A DNA stretch of 64,000 nt from Candidatus Latescibacterota bacterium (GTDB lineage Bacteria; Latescibacterota; UBA2968; UBA8231): assembly GCA_965221775.1 (NCBI GenBank), contig CBDCSU010000004.1:384001-448000 (forward strand), given 5' to 3'. Position 1 is the first letter of the stretch, and every line of letters starts with the position of its first letter. Positions 17,890 through 27,522 of this stretch are shown here, one piece after another. A program made the translations under genes and the position numbers. The notes beneath the pieces were generated by a model. It was not told the origin of the DNA. It worked only from the letters and a program-made list of their open reading frames with translations, and searched no databases.

Positions 17890-18561
17890 TCAGGGCAGCA
17901 GGGCCAGCTCCTGGCGGGCCCGCTGGGCAACGGGGGTCTGCCCGTACTCGCGGACCACCCTCTCCAGGATCTCGCGTTGGCGGGAGGCATCGTCCAGCAG
18001 CCGGTAGCACCGGGCCCCGTCCATCAGCGCCATCGCCGAGGGCGGGTGGTCGGGATGGTCGTCGGCGTAGTCCACGAAGGCCCGGGCCGCGGCGGCGAGG
18101 TCGCCCTGGGCCTCGAGGCAGGCGGCAAGGCCCGTGCGGGCGGCGAAGACCAGAGGCGGCTGGTCGCCGTGCTCGTCGAGGTAACGCTGAAACAGCCCCT
18201 GGGCGTCGACGTAGCGGCCCAGGGTGAAGTAGCGGTTGCCGAGGGTGATCATCCCGTGGGCCGCGGCCGGGGTCCCGGCGTATTCCTCGATCAGTTGCCG
18301 GGAGATCCCGACGACGCGGTCGATCTGTCCGGACTGCTCGGCCAGGTCGGACTCGAAGATCATGGCCGACGCCTGGCTGCGGGCCTCCAGGCGCTGGCCC
18401 TGCACGAAATTGGCGATGACGATGACGGCCACCACCGCCACGGCGCCGCCGATGAACAGTTGCGCCCGGCTCTTGACGTACTCCCCCGCCTGGAGGACCC
18501 ACTCGAGGAATCGGTCCTCCTCCAACTCCGCCTTGCTCGGCCGCCGGTTACGCTCCTCCAT
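17890..18561 (-). CDS. membrane-anchored tetratricopeptide repeat protein (YfgM-like)
   Basis: K.EL.ED.F N-terminus, one TM helix, TPR-like helices ending in Y..T..A. Confidence 0.75.
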   Translation of the reverse strand: MEERNRRPSKAELEEDRFLEWVLQAGEYVKSRAQLFIGGAVAVVAVIVIANFVQGQRLEARSQASAMIFESDLAEQSGQIDRVVGISRQLIEEYAGTPAAAHGMITLGNRYFTLGRYVDAQGLFQRYLDEHGDQPPLVFAARTGLAACLEAQGDLAAAARAFVDYADDHPDHPPSAMALMDGARCYRLLDDASRQREILERVVREYGQTPVAQRARQELALLP

Positions 18562-18594
18562 GGGGCTCCTTTCCAGGACGCTGGGTGGTCGAAC

Positions 18595-19122
18595 TCAACC
18601 CTCTTCTCCAAACTGAACGGCGCTCTCGATCCGGTACGCCTCCAGTCCCTTCCGGCCTCCCAGGGGCTGGAGCTCGACGAGGAAGGAGAGCCCCGCGATC
18701 CGGCCACCGAGGGCCTCCACCAGCCGGCAGGCGGCGCGGGCGGTCCCTCCCGTGGCCAGCACATCGTCGAGGACGAGGACGCAGTCACCAGCCACCAGGG
18801 CGTCCTTGTGAACCTCGATCACGGCACGGCCGTACTCAAGCTGGTACTCTTCCCGGACCGTCTCCCGGGGCAGCCGGCCCTCCTTGCGCATGGGCACGAA
18901 ACCGGCGCCGAGGCTCGTGGCCACCGCCGGGCCGAGGAGGAAGCCGCGCGCCTCGATCCCGGCCACGAGGTCGACGCCGCTGTCGGCGAAGGGCGCCGCC
19001 AGGGCGTCGACGGCGGCCCTCAACTCCCGGGCATCGCCCAACAGCGGGGTGATGTCCCGGAAGAGCACCCCCGCCTCGGGAAAGTCGGGCACGTCCCGGA
19101 TGAGGGACCGCAGTCGGCTCAC
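18595..19122 (-). CDS. apt: adenine phosphoribosyltransferase
   Basis: IRDVPDFP..GV.FRDITPLL, GIEARGF, RK.G.LP, YQLEYG, VLDDVLATGGT. Confidence 0.97.
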   Translation of the reverse strand: MSRLRSLIRDVPDFPEAGVLFRDITPLLGDARELRAAVDALAAPFADSGVDLVAGIEARGFLLGPAVATSLGAGFVPMRKEGRLPRETVREEYQLEYGRAVIEVHKDALVAGDCVLVLDDVLATGGTARAACRLVEALGGRIAGLSFLVELQPLGGRKGLEAYRIESAVQFGEEG

Positions 19123-19137
19123 CTCTCTCTCCCCTTC

Positions 19138-20082
19138 TCAGCCCAGGAGACGGCTCACCGACTCGCCGTGATGGATCGCCTTGATGGCGTCGCCGAAGAG
19201 GCGCGCCACGGAGATCGTCTCGATCCGGGACGAGGCCTGGCCGGTGGGCAGCGGAATCGTATTCGTCTTGACGAAGACCTCCACCGGCGAATCGTCGATC
19301 CTGGCCAGCGCGTCTCCGGAGAACACCCCGTGGGTGCAGCCGGCCATGATGCGCTGGGCTCCGCGTTCCTTCAGCAGGCGGACCGCCTCCATCATCGAGC
19401 CGCCGGTGAGGACCTCGTCGTCGAAGATCAGGGCGTCGCGTCCGTCGATCTCGCCGATCACGGTCAGGATCTCGGCGGTCTCGTCGTCGGCGTGGCGGCG
19501 CTTGTCCATGATCGCCAGCGGCAGGTCGAGACGATGGGCGTAGAAGCTGGCCTCGGTGGCCGATCCCACATCGGGCGACACGACCACCGCCCGGCTCAGG
19601 TCCTTGGTCTGCATCAGGTGATCGCAGATGAGGTTGGTTGCCCACAGCTGATCGACGGGGATGCGGGAGAAAGCCGCGATCTGGGGCGAGTGCAGGGTCA
19701 TGGTGAGGATCCGATTGGCGCCGGCCGTCTCGAGGAGATCGGCCACGAGGCGGGCGCTGATCGAGATCCGGGGCTCGTCCTTCTTGTCGGAACGCACGTA
19801 GGGGTAGTAGGGCAGGACGGCGGTGATCCGGCGCGCCGAGGCGTACTTCAAGGCGTCGATGAGCAGCAGCAGCTCGATGAAGTGGTCGTTCACCGGGGAG
19901 CAGGAGGTCTGGATGACGAAGACGTCGTCCTCGCGGACATTCTCCTCCACGCGCACCTTGATGGTGTCGTTGGGAGTCCTCTCGAAGCTCACGCGTCCCG
20001 GGGGACAGTCGAGATAGGAGCAGATCTCGGCAGCCAGCTCCGGGTTGCTCGAACCGGACAGGATCTTGAGGTAGTTCTTCAT
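19138..20082 (-). CDS. prs: ribose-phosphate pyrophosphokinase (intact catalytic motifs)
   Basis: C-terminal part of ORF 19138..21354, ATG 20082; [39 protein letters not shown]. Confidence 0.92.
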   Translation of the reverse strand: MKNYLKILSGSSNPELAAEICSYLDCPPGRVSFERTPNDTIKVRVEENVREDDVFVIQTSCSPVNDHFIELLLLIDALKYASARRITAVLPYYPYVRSDKKDEPRISISARLVADLLETAGANRILTMTLHSPQIAAFSRIPVDQLWATNLICDHLMQTKDLSRAVVVSPDVGSATEASFYAHRLDLPLAIMDKRRHADDETAEILTVIGEIDGRDALIFDDEVLTGGSMMEAVRLLKERGAQRIMAGCTHGVFSGDALARIDDSPVEVFVKTNTIPLPTGQASSRIETISVARLFGDAIKAIHHGESVSRLLG

Positions 20083-21113
20083 CCCAGGGAGCGCGCCACG
20101 TCCTTGGCGAAGTAGGTGAGGATGAGGTCGGCGCCGGCCCGCTTGATGGCGACCAGCACCTCGTCGCGGATGCGGACCTCGTCGATCCAGCCGCGCTCGG
20201 CGGCGGCCTTGATCATGGCGTACTCGCCGCTGACGTTGTACGCCGCCAGGGGCGCGTCGAAACGGTCGCGGGCGGCGCGCAGGACGTCGAGATAGGCGAG
20301 GGCGGGCTTGACCATGACCACGTCGGCCCCCTCCTCCAGATCGAGGGCGATCTCCCTCAGGGCCTCGCGCACGTTGGGCGGATCCATCTGGTAGCCGCGG
20401 CGGTCGCCGAAGCGCGGCGCCGAGCCGGCGGCCTCCCGGAAGGGGCCGTAGAAGCCGGAGGCGTACTTGGCGGCATAGGCCATGATCGGCACCCCGGGGT
20501 GCCCGGCGCGGTCCAGGGCCCGGCGGATGGCGCCGACGCGGCCGTCCATCATGTCCGAAGGTGCCACCACATCGACGCCGGCATCGGCGTAGACCACGGA
20601 GGTGCGCGCCAGCAACTCCACGGTGCGGTCGTTGTCGACGCCGTCTTCGGTGAGCACGCCGCAGTGGCCGTGGTCGGTGTACTCGCAGAGACAGACGTCG
20701 GCGATCACCAGCAGGTCGAGGCCGGCCTCGCCGATCGCCGCCGCCGCCCGGGGGATGAGGCCCTGCGGGTCGTACCCCGGGCTGCCGGCCTCGTCCTTGT
20801 GATCGGGAACGCCGAAGAGGATGACCGCGGGGATACCCGCGCCGGCAGCCTCCCGGCACTCCTCCACCAGCACGTCCACCGACATGCGGGCCACCCCCGG
20901 CATGGCCTCGATCTCCTGGCGGACGCCCCGGCCCGGGCAGGTGAAGAGCGGCAGGACCAGGTCCTCGCGGCGCACATGGTGCTCGCGGACCATGCTGCGC
21001 ACGAGGGCGCTGCCGCGCAGACGCCGGGGACGGCAGGCTCCCGGCAGGCCGGCGGCCTGTTCCGGGAGGGTTGCGAGAGGGTTGCCGATGCTGGCCACGA
21101 AGCCCGGTCTCAC
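20079..21113 (-). CDS. hemB: porphobilinogen synthase, Zn-binding type
   Basis: [50 protein letters not shown]. Confidence 0.97.
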   Translation of the reverse strand: MRPGFVASIGNPLATLPEQAAGLPGACRPRRLRGSALVRSMVREHHVRREDLVLPLFTCPGRGVRQEIEAMPGVARMSVDVLVEECREAAGAGIPAVILFGVPDHKDEAGSPGYDPQGLIPRAAAAIGEAGLDLLVIADVCLCEYTDHGHCGVLTEDGVDNDRTVELLARTSVVYADAGVDVVAPSDMMDGRVGAIRRALDRAGHPGVPIMAYAAKYASGFYGPFREAAGSAPRFGDRRGYQMDPPNVREALREIALDLEEGADVVMVKPALAYLDVLRAARDRFDAPLAAYNVSGEYAMIKAAAERGWIDEVRIRDEVLVAIKRAGADLILTYFAKDVARSLG

Positions 21114-22306
21114 ACCTTGTCGAGGGCCTGCTCGAGGTCGTCGATGAGGTCCCCCGCATCCTCGATGCCGACGCTGTAGCGGACCAGCTCGTCGGTGATG
21201 CCGATGGCCAGCCGGTCGGGTCGGCTGAGGTCGGAGTAGGAGATCGTCGCCGGATGGCTGACCAGGCTCTCCACCCCCCCGAGGCTGGGGGCCAGGTACG
21301 GCAGCCGCAGCTGGTGGACGAAGCTGCGCGTGAGCTGCAGATCTCCCTCGACATCGAAGCTGACCACGCCTCCGAACCCCTTCATCTGGCGCGTCGCCAC
21401 GGCATGGTCGGGATGACTGGCCAGGCCGGGGTAGAACACCTTGCGGACCTTGGGGTGCCCCTCGAGCCAGCGGGCGATCTCGAGGGCGGTCTGGTTCTGT
21501 CGCTCCATGCGCAGGGCCAGGGTCTTGAGGCCGCGGATCAGCAGGTAGGCGGTGTTCGGATCGGAGTTGGTGCCGATGATGTCGCGGAACTCCTTGATCG
21601 CCTGCACCATCGGCCCCTTGCCGCAGACGCTGCCGGCCATCAGGTCGTTGTGCCCCCCCAGGTACTTGGTGGCGCTGTGGAACACGAGATCGGCGCCGAA
21701 CTCGATGGGACGCTGGTTCACCGGCGTGGCGAAAGTGCTGTCGATGAGCAGGCGCAGCCGGTGCTGTCTGGCGAAGGGCACGAGCCGGTCGAGGTCGGCC
21801 ACGTGCAGGTGCGGGTTCGTCGGCGATTCGGCGAAGAGGATCCGGGTCTCCTTGCGGATCGCCCCTTCCAGGGCTTCGAAGTCGCCCGGGGCGACGCCCG
21901 TGCAGGTTATGCCGAACTTGCCGAGGACGTCGCAGAGCTGGACCGTGCGCCGGTAGCAGTCCTCCATGATCACCAGGTGCTGGCCGCTGCGCATCATGGC
22001 CAGCAGGACCGTGGTGATGGCGCTCATGCCGGAGGAGAACAGCAGGGCGGCGTCGGCCCCGTCGAGGGCGGCGAGCTTGGCCTCGGCGGCGCCGACCGTG
22101 GGATTGCCGTAGCGGCCGTACTCGAAGTGGGTGCGCTGGCCCTGCTTGTACTCCTCGAACTCGTCGAGGCTGTCGAATACGTAGGTCGCCGTCTGGGCGA
22201 TCGGCGTGGTCACCGACTTGGCGTGCTTGCGGCGCTCCTCGCCGCCGTGGACCGCCCAGGTGGAAGGGCCGCCCGCGGCGGCGGTCGAGAGATCTTCTTC
22301 GCTCAT
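21110..22306 (-). CDS. metB: cystathionine gamma-synthase (plant-like Cys/Met PLP enzyme)
   Basis: [35 protein letters not shown] (PLP Lys), [10 protein letters not shown]. Confidence 0.82.
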   Translation of the reverse strand: MSEEDLSTAAAGGPSTWAVHGGEERRKHAKSVTTPIAQTATYVFDSLDEFEEYKQGQRTHFEYGRYGNPTVGAAEAKLAALDGADAALLFSSGMSAITTVLLAMMRSGQHLVIMEDCYRRTVQLCDVLGKFGITCTGVAPGDFEALEGAIRKETRILFAESPTNPHLHVADLDRLVPFARQHRLRLLIDSTFATPVNQRPIEFGADLVFHSATKYLGGHNDLMAGSVCGKGPMVQAIKEFRDIIGTNSDPNTAYLLIRGLKTLALRMERQNQTALEIARWLEGHPKVRKVFYPGLASHPDHAVATRQMKGFGGVVSFDVEGDLQLTRSFVHQLRLPYLAPSLGGVESLVSHPATISYSDLSRPDRLAIGITDELVRYSVGIEDAGDLIDDLEQALDKV

Positions 22307-22316
22307 TCGGACAGGT

Positions 22317-23654
22317 TCAGGCGTAGACGGTGTCCACGGTTTCGAGAACGGCCCGCCGCACCTGCTCGAGGTCGGCGTCGACTTCCACGGGCCGGTTGGC
22401 ATGGTTCGGGGTGACGCCGAACCCGTCCAGGCGGTCCTCGTGGTAACCCACCTTGAATTCCGGGAACTTCAGCCCCAGGGCGGTGGAGATCACCACGACG
22501 CGGCTGTCCGGCCGGACGGTCCCGCGGGCGATGAGCTTCTCCAGCGCCGCCAGGGCGACCCCGGTGTGGGGACAGGTGAACAGGCCGCCGCGGTCGGCGC
22601 GGGCGCAGGCGTCGGCCAGCTCGGCCTCGGTGGCCTCCTCCACGACACCGTCGAGACGGCGCATGACCCGGATCGCCCGCTCCCAGCTGACCGGGTCGCC
22701 GATGCGGATGGCGGAAGCCAGGGTGTCGGAGGCCTCGACCGGCTCGAAGGACTCGAAGCCCGTCCGATAGCTGCGATAGAGAGGATCGGCGTTCCGGGCC
22801 TGGGCCACCGCCAGGCGCGGCAACCGGTCGATCATGCCCATCTGGCGCATCTCCAGGAACCCCTTCCCGAGGGCGCTCACGTTCCCCAGGTTGCCGCCCG
22901 GGATCACGATCCAGTCCGGGACGACCCAGTCGAACTGCTGCAGCAGCTCGATGCCGACCGTCTTCTGCCCCTCGATCCGCAGGGAGTTCATCGAGTTGGC
23001 CAGGTAGACGTTCTCGCTCTTCACGAGATCCCGAACCAGGCGCATGCAACCGTCGAAGTCGGTGCGGATCGACAACGTCAGGGCGCCGTTGGCGATGGGC
23101 TGGATCAACTGCGACACGGAGATCTTGTCCTTTGGCAGGAGCACGATCACGGGGATGCCGGCGGCGGCGCCGTAGGCGGCCAGGGAGGCCGAGGTGTCCC
23201 CCGTGGAGGCGCAGGCGATGGCCGGGATCGCCTGTCCGTCGGCCCGCATCTGCTTGACCATGGAGACGAGCACCGTCATGCCGAGATCCTTGAAGGAGCC
23301 CGTGTGGCTGTGGCCGCACTGCTTGATCCACAACTCGCCGACACCGATCTCGTCGCCGAGGCGGTCGGCCCAGAACAAGTTGCTGCCGCCCTCGTAGATG
23401 GAGACCACGTTGCCGTCGTCCACGGCGGGACAGACCAGTTCTTTCTTGCCCCACACGCCGCTGCCGTAGGGCCAGACCGTCCCCATGTAGCGCTGGTCGA
23501 AGAGGCGCCGCCACTCGGTCCCCGGCCGCCGGCCCAGGGCCTCCATGTCATGGACGACCTCGAAGAGTCCGCCGCACCCGCACTCGTAGACCACCTCGTC
23601 GAGATCGTGGCGGCTGCCGCAGCGGATGCACTCGAACCAAGCCTGGTACTCCAT
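22317..23654 (-). CDS. thrC: threonine synthase (plant-type clade)
   Basis: [71 protein letters not shown]. Confidence 0.93.
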   Translation of the reverse strand: MEYQAWFECIRCGSRHDLDEVVYECGCGGLFEVVHDMEALGRRPGTEWRRLFDQRYMGTVWPYGSGVWGKKELVCPAVDDGNVVSIYEGGSNLFWADRLGDEIGVGELWIKQCGHSHTGSFKDLGMTVLVSMVKQMRADGQAIPAIACASTGDTSASLAAYGAAAGIPVIVLLPKDKISVSQLIQPIANGALTLSIRTDFDGCMRLVRDLVKSENVYLANSMNSLRIEGQKTVGIELLQQFDWVVPDWIVIPGGNLGNVSALGKGFLEMRQMGMIDRLPRLAVAQARNADPLYRSYRTGFESFEPVEASDTLASAIRIGDPVSWERAIRVMRRLDGVVEEATEAELADACARADRGGLFTCPHTGVALAALEKLIARGTVRPDSRVVVISTALGLKFPEFKVGYHEDRLDGFGVTPNHANRPVEVDADLEQVRRAVLETVDTVYA

Positions 23655-23751
23655 CGATCACCGAGCGGTTGGAGCGGTTGCGGGAGAAGGGGTTATACAG
23701 CGGGAAATCTACCCCGGGGGCCGTACACCGGCAAGGAAACGGGACGCCGGA

Positions 23752-24312
23752 TCAGGCTGGCACGCGCCGCACCAGCCATGGGACCGCGGCCGCGGCGATG
23801 AGGGTTTCGGGCACCATGTAGCTGGCGTTGTAGAGGAGGGAGTACTTCCACACCGGCGTCCCCTCGGGGGCCAGGTGGGCGAAGTAGACGACCCCGGACA
23901 GGACGTGGCTCCCCAGCCTTGCCAGGCTGGCGCCCGCCGCGGCCGCGGCGATCGTCCAGGGGCCGCTCCCGGCGGAGGCCGCCAGGCCGGCGAGGCCCAG
24001 ACTGGCGAAGGCCGCGGGGTAGTCCAGAACCAGCTGCACCGGGTGTACGAAGTAGGGTGTCATGACGAAGTTGACGACCCCGTAGGCGGCCCCGGCCAGG
24101 ATGCCGGCGCGGGGCCCCCTGCGCAGCGAAAGAAAGAGAATGGGCAGGGTGTGCAGACTCACCGAGCCGCCGTACACCAGGTGGGGCAGCTTGACGCGAA
24201 CCAGGCTGAGGACCGCTGCCAGGGCGATGGCGACGGCGGTCTCCGCGGCGGTGCCGGTCCTCACGAAGGAGGAACCCGCCGGCCCGGGAGGCGTCTCACC
24301 AGTGCGGGCCAT
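23752..24312 (-). CDS. thiT: ECF transporter S-component, ThiT/YuaJ family (start uncertain)
   Basis: GGSVSL..LPI, RRG.RAG..AG, HPVQ..LDY..AF, H.LSGV.YF, YSLLYN.SY. Confidence 0.85.
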   Translation of the reverse strand: MARTGETPPGPAGSSFVRTGTAAETAVAIALAAVLSLVRVKLPHLVYGGSVSLHTLPILFLSLRRGPRAGILAGAAYGVVNFVMTPYFVHPVQLVLDYPAAFASLGLAGLAASAGSGPWTIAAAAAGASLARLGSHVLSGVVYFAHLAPEGTPVWKYSLLYNASYMVPETLIAAAAVPWLVRRVPA

Positions 24313-24405
24313 CCCGGTCTTGGCTCGCGCCTCCCTGGCGGCCGGGGGCGTACTCGCCTCCGGCCGCACCTCGTTCTACCGCCCGGGGGCCTCGGCACCC
24401 CGGCC

Positions 24406-25434
24406 TCAGTTCAAGCGCTGCAGGAGCATGTACCCCTGCTGGATGCGGACCGGGCCGCCGACCCCCCCCACCTGCAGCTTCAGCACATTGCTCTCGACCT
24501 CGGGGAGCATCTCCCCGGGCCCGAAGAACCCGAGATCGCCGCCGTCCCTGGCATTGGGCGCCTGGGAGAACCTGGCCGCCAGATCCCCGAAGTCGCCGCC
24601 GGCCTCCAGCTTCTCGAGGATGTCGAGGGCCTGGGACTCCGTCGGAACGAGGATGAAGCGGGCCCGCATCTTGCCGTCGAGGATCGCCCGGATGCCCTCC
24701 ATGTTGACGTTGATGGCATGCAGGAGTCCCGGATCCCGGGCGACCGCCTTCGTCCGGCCGTACCACTCGAGGGCCTCGGCATAGCGTTTCCCGGCGGCCA
24801 GCAGGTAGGCGATGTTGTTGTGCGACTCCACGTCGTCGGGGAGAAACTCGAGGACCCTGTGGTAGCGCAGCAGAGCGCTGTCGGGCTTCCCCGTGCGCGT
24901 GTAGTGCAACGCCAGCAGGCGGTGGGCGTGGGCGTTGCGGTCGTCGAAGGCGAGGGCCGTGTCGAGCTCGGCGCGGGAGGCGGCCAGGTCTCCGGCCTGC
25001 AGGTGCAGGAAGGCGAGCTGGGTGCGCACGCCGGAGTTCCCCGGGGCCAGCTCCATGGCCCGGCGCACGTAGTGCAGGGCGGAGTCGAGGCGGCCCACGG
25101 CGAGGAAGGCGTCGTTGAGCATGGAGTAGACGGGAAGCTGGGCCGGGCGCTCGCCCAGGGACCGGTGCAGGAGCTGCACCGCACGGCTGCCGTTTCCCTG
25201 GATGAGGTAGAGCTCGGCGATGCGGTTCAGCACCTGGGCGCTGCCGGCTCCCTCGGCGAGGGCCTCTTCGTAGCGCAGCAGCGACTGGTCGAGTTGGCCG
25301 CGTCGGGCCAGCCCTTCGGCCTCCCTCACCAGGCTCACCAGCCTGGGTTCCGGGTCCGGCCGGTCCTGTGCCGACGTGCCCGCCGCCGCCAGGGTGATCC
25401 CGGCGAGCAGGAGGGCGCCATTGGCCAGGCTCAC
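24406..25434 (-). CDS. exported TPR-repeat protein with C-terminal parvulin (PpiC-type) PPIase domain
   Basis: Signal peptide; several TPR repeats; ARFILV..E..A...L..G.DF..LA..FS..P....GGDLG.F..G.M. Confidence 0.85.
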   Translation of the reverse strand: MSLANGALLLAGITLAAAGTSAQDRPDPEPRLVSLVREAEGLARRGQLDQSLLRYEEALAEGAGSAQVLNRIAELYLIQGNGSRAVQLLHRSLGERPAQLPVYSMLNDAFLAVGRLDSALHYVRRAMELAPGNSGVRTQLAFLHLQAGDLAASRAELDTALAFDDRNAHAHRLLALHYTRTGKPDSALLRYHRVLEFLPDDVESHNNIAYLLAAGKRYAEALEWYGRTKAVARDPGLLHAINVNMEGIRAILDGKMRARFILVPTESQALDILEKLEAGGDFGDLAARFSQAPNARDGGDLGFFGPGEMLPEVESNVLKLQVGGVGGPVRIQQGYMLLQRLN

Positions 25435-25450
25435 CGATCCGCCTCCCGCC

Positions 25451-26218
25451 TCACCGGTCCTCGGACCGCAGCCGCTGCACGACTTCCCGGGTGATCCGCT
25501 CCACGAGGCCGTCCTCCGGGCTGCCCTCCGGGGGATCGCACCCGGGCCGTCCGCGGATCCCGAATCGCTTGCGCAGCTCGATCAACTCCCCGACCTGATC
25601 GCGGTCGAGGGTGTTGGTGGCCCCGAGCTGCCGGGAGACGAGGACGATCCGCGCGAAGTGCTCCACCGTCTCCATCTTGAAGTGGGCCTCCTGCACCGAC
25701 TTGCCGAGGGTTACGGCGCCGTGATTGGCCATCAGCACGGCATCGTACTTCTCGAGGAGGGGGCGCATCGGCTCGAAGATGTCGGGCCCGCCCGGCGTGC
25801 CGTAGGGCGCGAGAGGGACACCGCCGAGGAGCACGACCACTTCCGGCAGGACGCATTCGGTCAGGTCGAGGCCGGCCACGGCAAAGCCCGTGGCCGTGGG
25901 CGGATGGGCGTGGACGACGGCGGCCACGTCGGCGCGCAGCCGGTAGGCCTCCAGGTGCATGCGGATCTCCGAGGAGATCTTCATCGGCCCGGAGACCTGG
26001 GTCCCGTCCATGTCGCAGATGGCCAGCATCTCCTCGGTGAGGAACCCCTTGCTGACGCCGGTGGGGGTGCACAGCACCCGGTCGCCGCCGATCCGGGCCG
26101 AGAGGTTGCCGTCGTTGGCGGCGACGAATCCGAGCTGGTAGATGCGGCGCCCCATCTCGCAGATCTCGCGGCGGGCGGCGAAGGCGGAGGAAGCGGTGGC
26201 CACCGGATCAGCGGGCAT
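25451..26218 (-). CDS. class II aldolase (fuculose/rhamnulose-1-P type) with C-terminal encapsulation-peptide-like helix
   Basis: AANDGNLS, TPTG.SKG, SSE..MH, VVHAHPP, L.NHGA; tail EDGLVERITREVVQRL after a Pro/Gly linker. Confidence 0.9.
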   Translation of the reverse strand: MPADPVATASSAFAARREICEMGRRIYQLGFVAANDGNLSARIGGDRVLCTPTGVSKGFLTEEMLAICDMDGTQVSGPMKISSEIRMHLEAYRLRADVAAVVHAHPPTATGFAVAGLDLTECVLPEVVVLLGGVPLAPYGTPGGPDIFEPMRPLLEKYDAVLMANHGAVTLGKSVQEAHFKMETVEHFARIVLVSRQLGATNTLDRDQVGELIELRKRFGIRGRPGCDPPEGSPEDGLVERITREVVQRLRSEDR

Positions 26219-27107
26219 GGGCCGGGCCGAGGACCGAAACCGGCGACCAGCGCCCCTGACCGAGGACGATCAGGCCGGCCAGACCCGGCACCACGAGGTT
26301 GACGGCACACAGCGCGAGGGCGGCCTGCAGGGCCACCGCCGGCTGGACTCCGGCCAGCCCGAGGACGGAGACCGCGGCGAACTCGCGCACCCCCAGGTCG
26401 AGGAAGCTGATCGGCAGCAGGGTCTTGAGGGCGAAGACGGCGGGCACGCTCCAGAAGACGGAGGGGGGCAGGGGACCGGCAGCCAGCAGCAGGAGGTGGA
26501 ACTGCGCGAAGAAGACCAGGTTGAAGACCGCGGAACCGCAGAGATTGGCAGCCCAGCCGCGACCGGGAACCGCGCTCAGCACCTCGAGCCATTCGCGGCG
26601 GTGCCGACAGCGGCGAAGGAGGTACCATCCAGCCCCCCCGATCGCCACGGCCGACGCCGCGCCGCCGAGGAGCCAGCCACCCCCGATCCCGGGGAGGACG
26701 GATGCCGAGAGGGCGCCCGCCAGCAGCGTCACTCCAGCGGATGTCGTGCGGTCCGCCGCGGCCAGCTGGGTGGCGGCCAGCCGCCGTCCCGGCAGGATCA
26801 GGCCGCGGCCGAGCTCCCCTACCCGCCCGGGGGTGATGAGACCCAGGCCGAAGCCGGCCAGCAGGGACCGCAGCGCGTCGGCGCCGGAGACCTCGGGAGC
26901 CGCCGCGCGCAGCAGGACCCTCCACTTCCACCACTGCAGGACAAGACCGACCGGCAGGAGAGCCACGGCGGCCCCGGCGAAACGCAGGTCCAGCCCGGCC
27001 ACCGTGCGCAGCAACGCCTGCGGCGACGTGGTCAGGCCGACGACGCCGGCCAGGAGGACGAGGCCGACGGCGACTCTCGCGAGGGACGAGGGCAGCCGCC
27101 CCATCAC
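26208..27107 (-). CDS. lysylphosphatidylglycerol synthase TM / flippase-like membrane protein (UPF0104)
   Basis: [27 protein letters not shown] motifs; multiple TM segments. Confidence 0.85.
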   Translation of the reverse strand: MMGRLPSSLARVAVGLVLLAGVVGLTTSPQALLRTVAGLDLRFAGAAVALLPVGLVLQWWKWRVLLRAAAPEVSGADALRSLLAGFGLGLITPGRVGELGRGLILPGRRLAATQLAAADRTTSAGVTLLAGALSASVLPGIGGGWLLGGAASAVAIGGAGWYLLRRCRHRREWLEVLSAVPGRGWAANLCGSAVFNLVFFAQFHLLLLAAGPLPPSVFWSVPAVFALKTLLPISFLDLGVREFAAVSVLGLAGVQPAVALQAALALCAVNLVVPGLAGLIVLGQGRWSPVSVLGPAHAR

Positions 27108-27397
27108 GAGCCGGGTCCGGGCCCGGCCGCAGAGCTCAGCAGCGGCTCGAGGGATGGGTGCGGCCGGGGTATCACGTGAACGGCGACGACCTCCCCCACG
27201 GCGCGCGCCGCCCGCTCGCCGGCCTCGGTGGCGGCGCGCACGGCGGCCACGTCCCCGCGGACCAGGGCGGTGATCAGCCCTCCGCCGACGGGGTGCCAGC
27301 CGAGGAGCTCCACCTCAGCTGCCTTGACCATGGCGTCGCTGGCCTCGACGAGGGCCACCAGGCCGCGGGTCTCGATCAGCCCGAGGGCATCGCCCAT
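27104..27397 (-). CDS. bacterial microcompartment hexameric shell protein (BMC-H, EutM/PduA-like)
   Basis: [47 protein letters not shown]. Confidence 0.96.
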   Translation of the reverse strand: MGDALGLIETRGLVALVEASDAMVKAAEVELLGWHPVGGGLITALVRGDVAAVRAATEAGERAARAVGEVVAVHVIPRPHPSLEPLLSSAAGPGPGS

Positions 27398-27455
27398 GTT
27401 TGGATAACATTCTCGGAGAAAAGGACTTGCAGGGTTCTTCGGGAGCAACCGGGCA

Positions 27456-27484
27456 ATAATCGCGCCGCCCCCGGCATCGGTCAA
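27456..27484 (-). promoter_or_regulatory. putative sigma70 promoter of the BMC-H operon
   Basis: Minus strand TTGACC (27484-27479) -17 bp- GATTAT (27461-27456). Confidence 0.4.
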
Positions 27485-27522
27485 GGCGGCGGGGCCGGCC
27501 CGATGGCCCCCCGGGACGCCGG

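Noticed and set aside
16945-20115. 1056-aa + strand ORF and many other long antisense or alternate-frame ORFs (e.g. 6973-9171, 38304-40727, 33115-35196)
   Set aside because: They shadow well-supported genes on the opposite strand or frame, have no recognisable motifs, and are expected in very GC-rich DNA where stop codons are rare.
24330-24380. GAGGTGCG...GAGTA upstream of thiT resembling the 5' end of a lysine riboswitch
   Set aside because: The downstream conserved elements and length of the lysine aptamer are missing; the segment folds as a simple hairpin.
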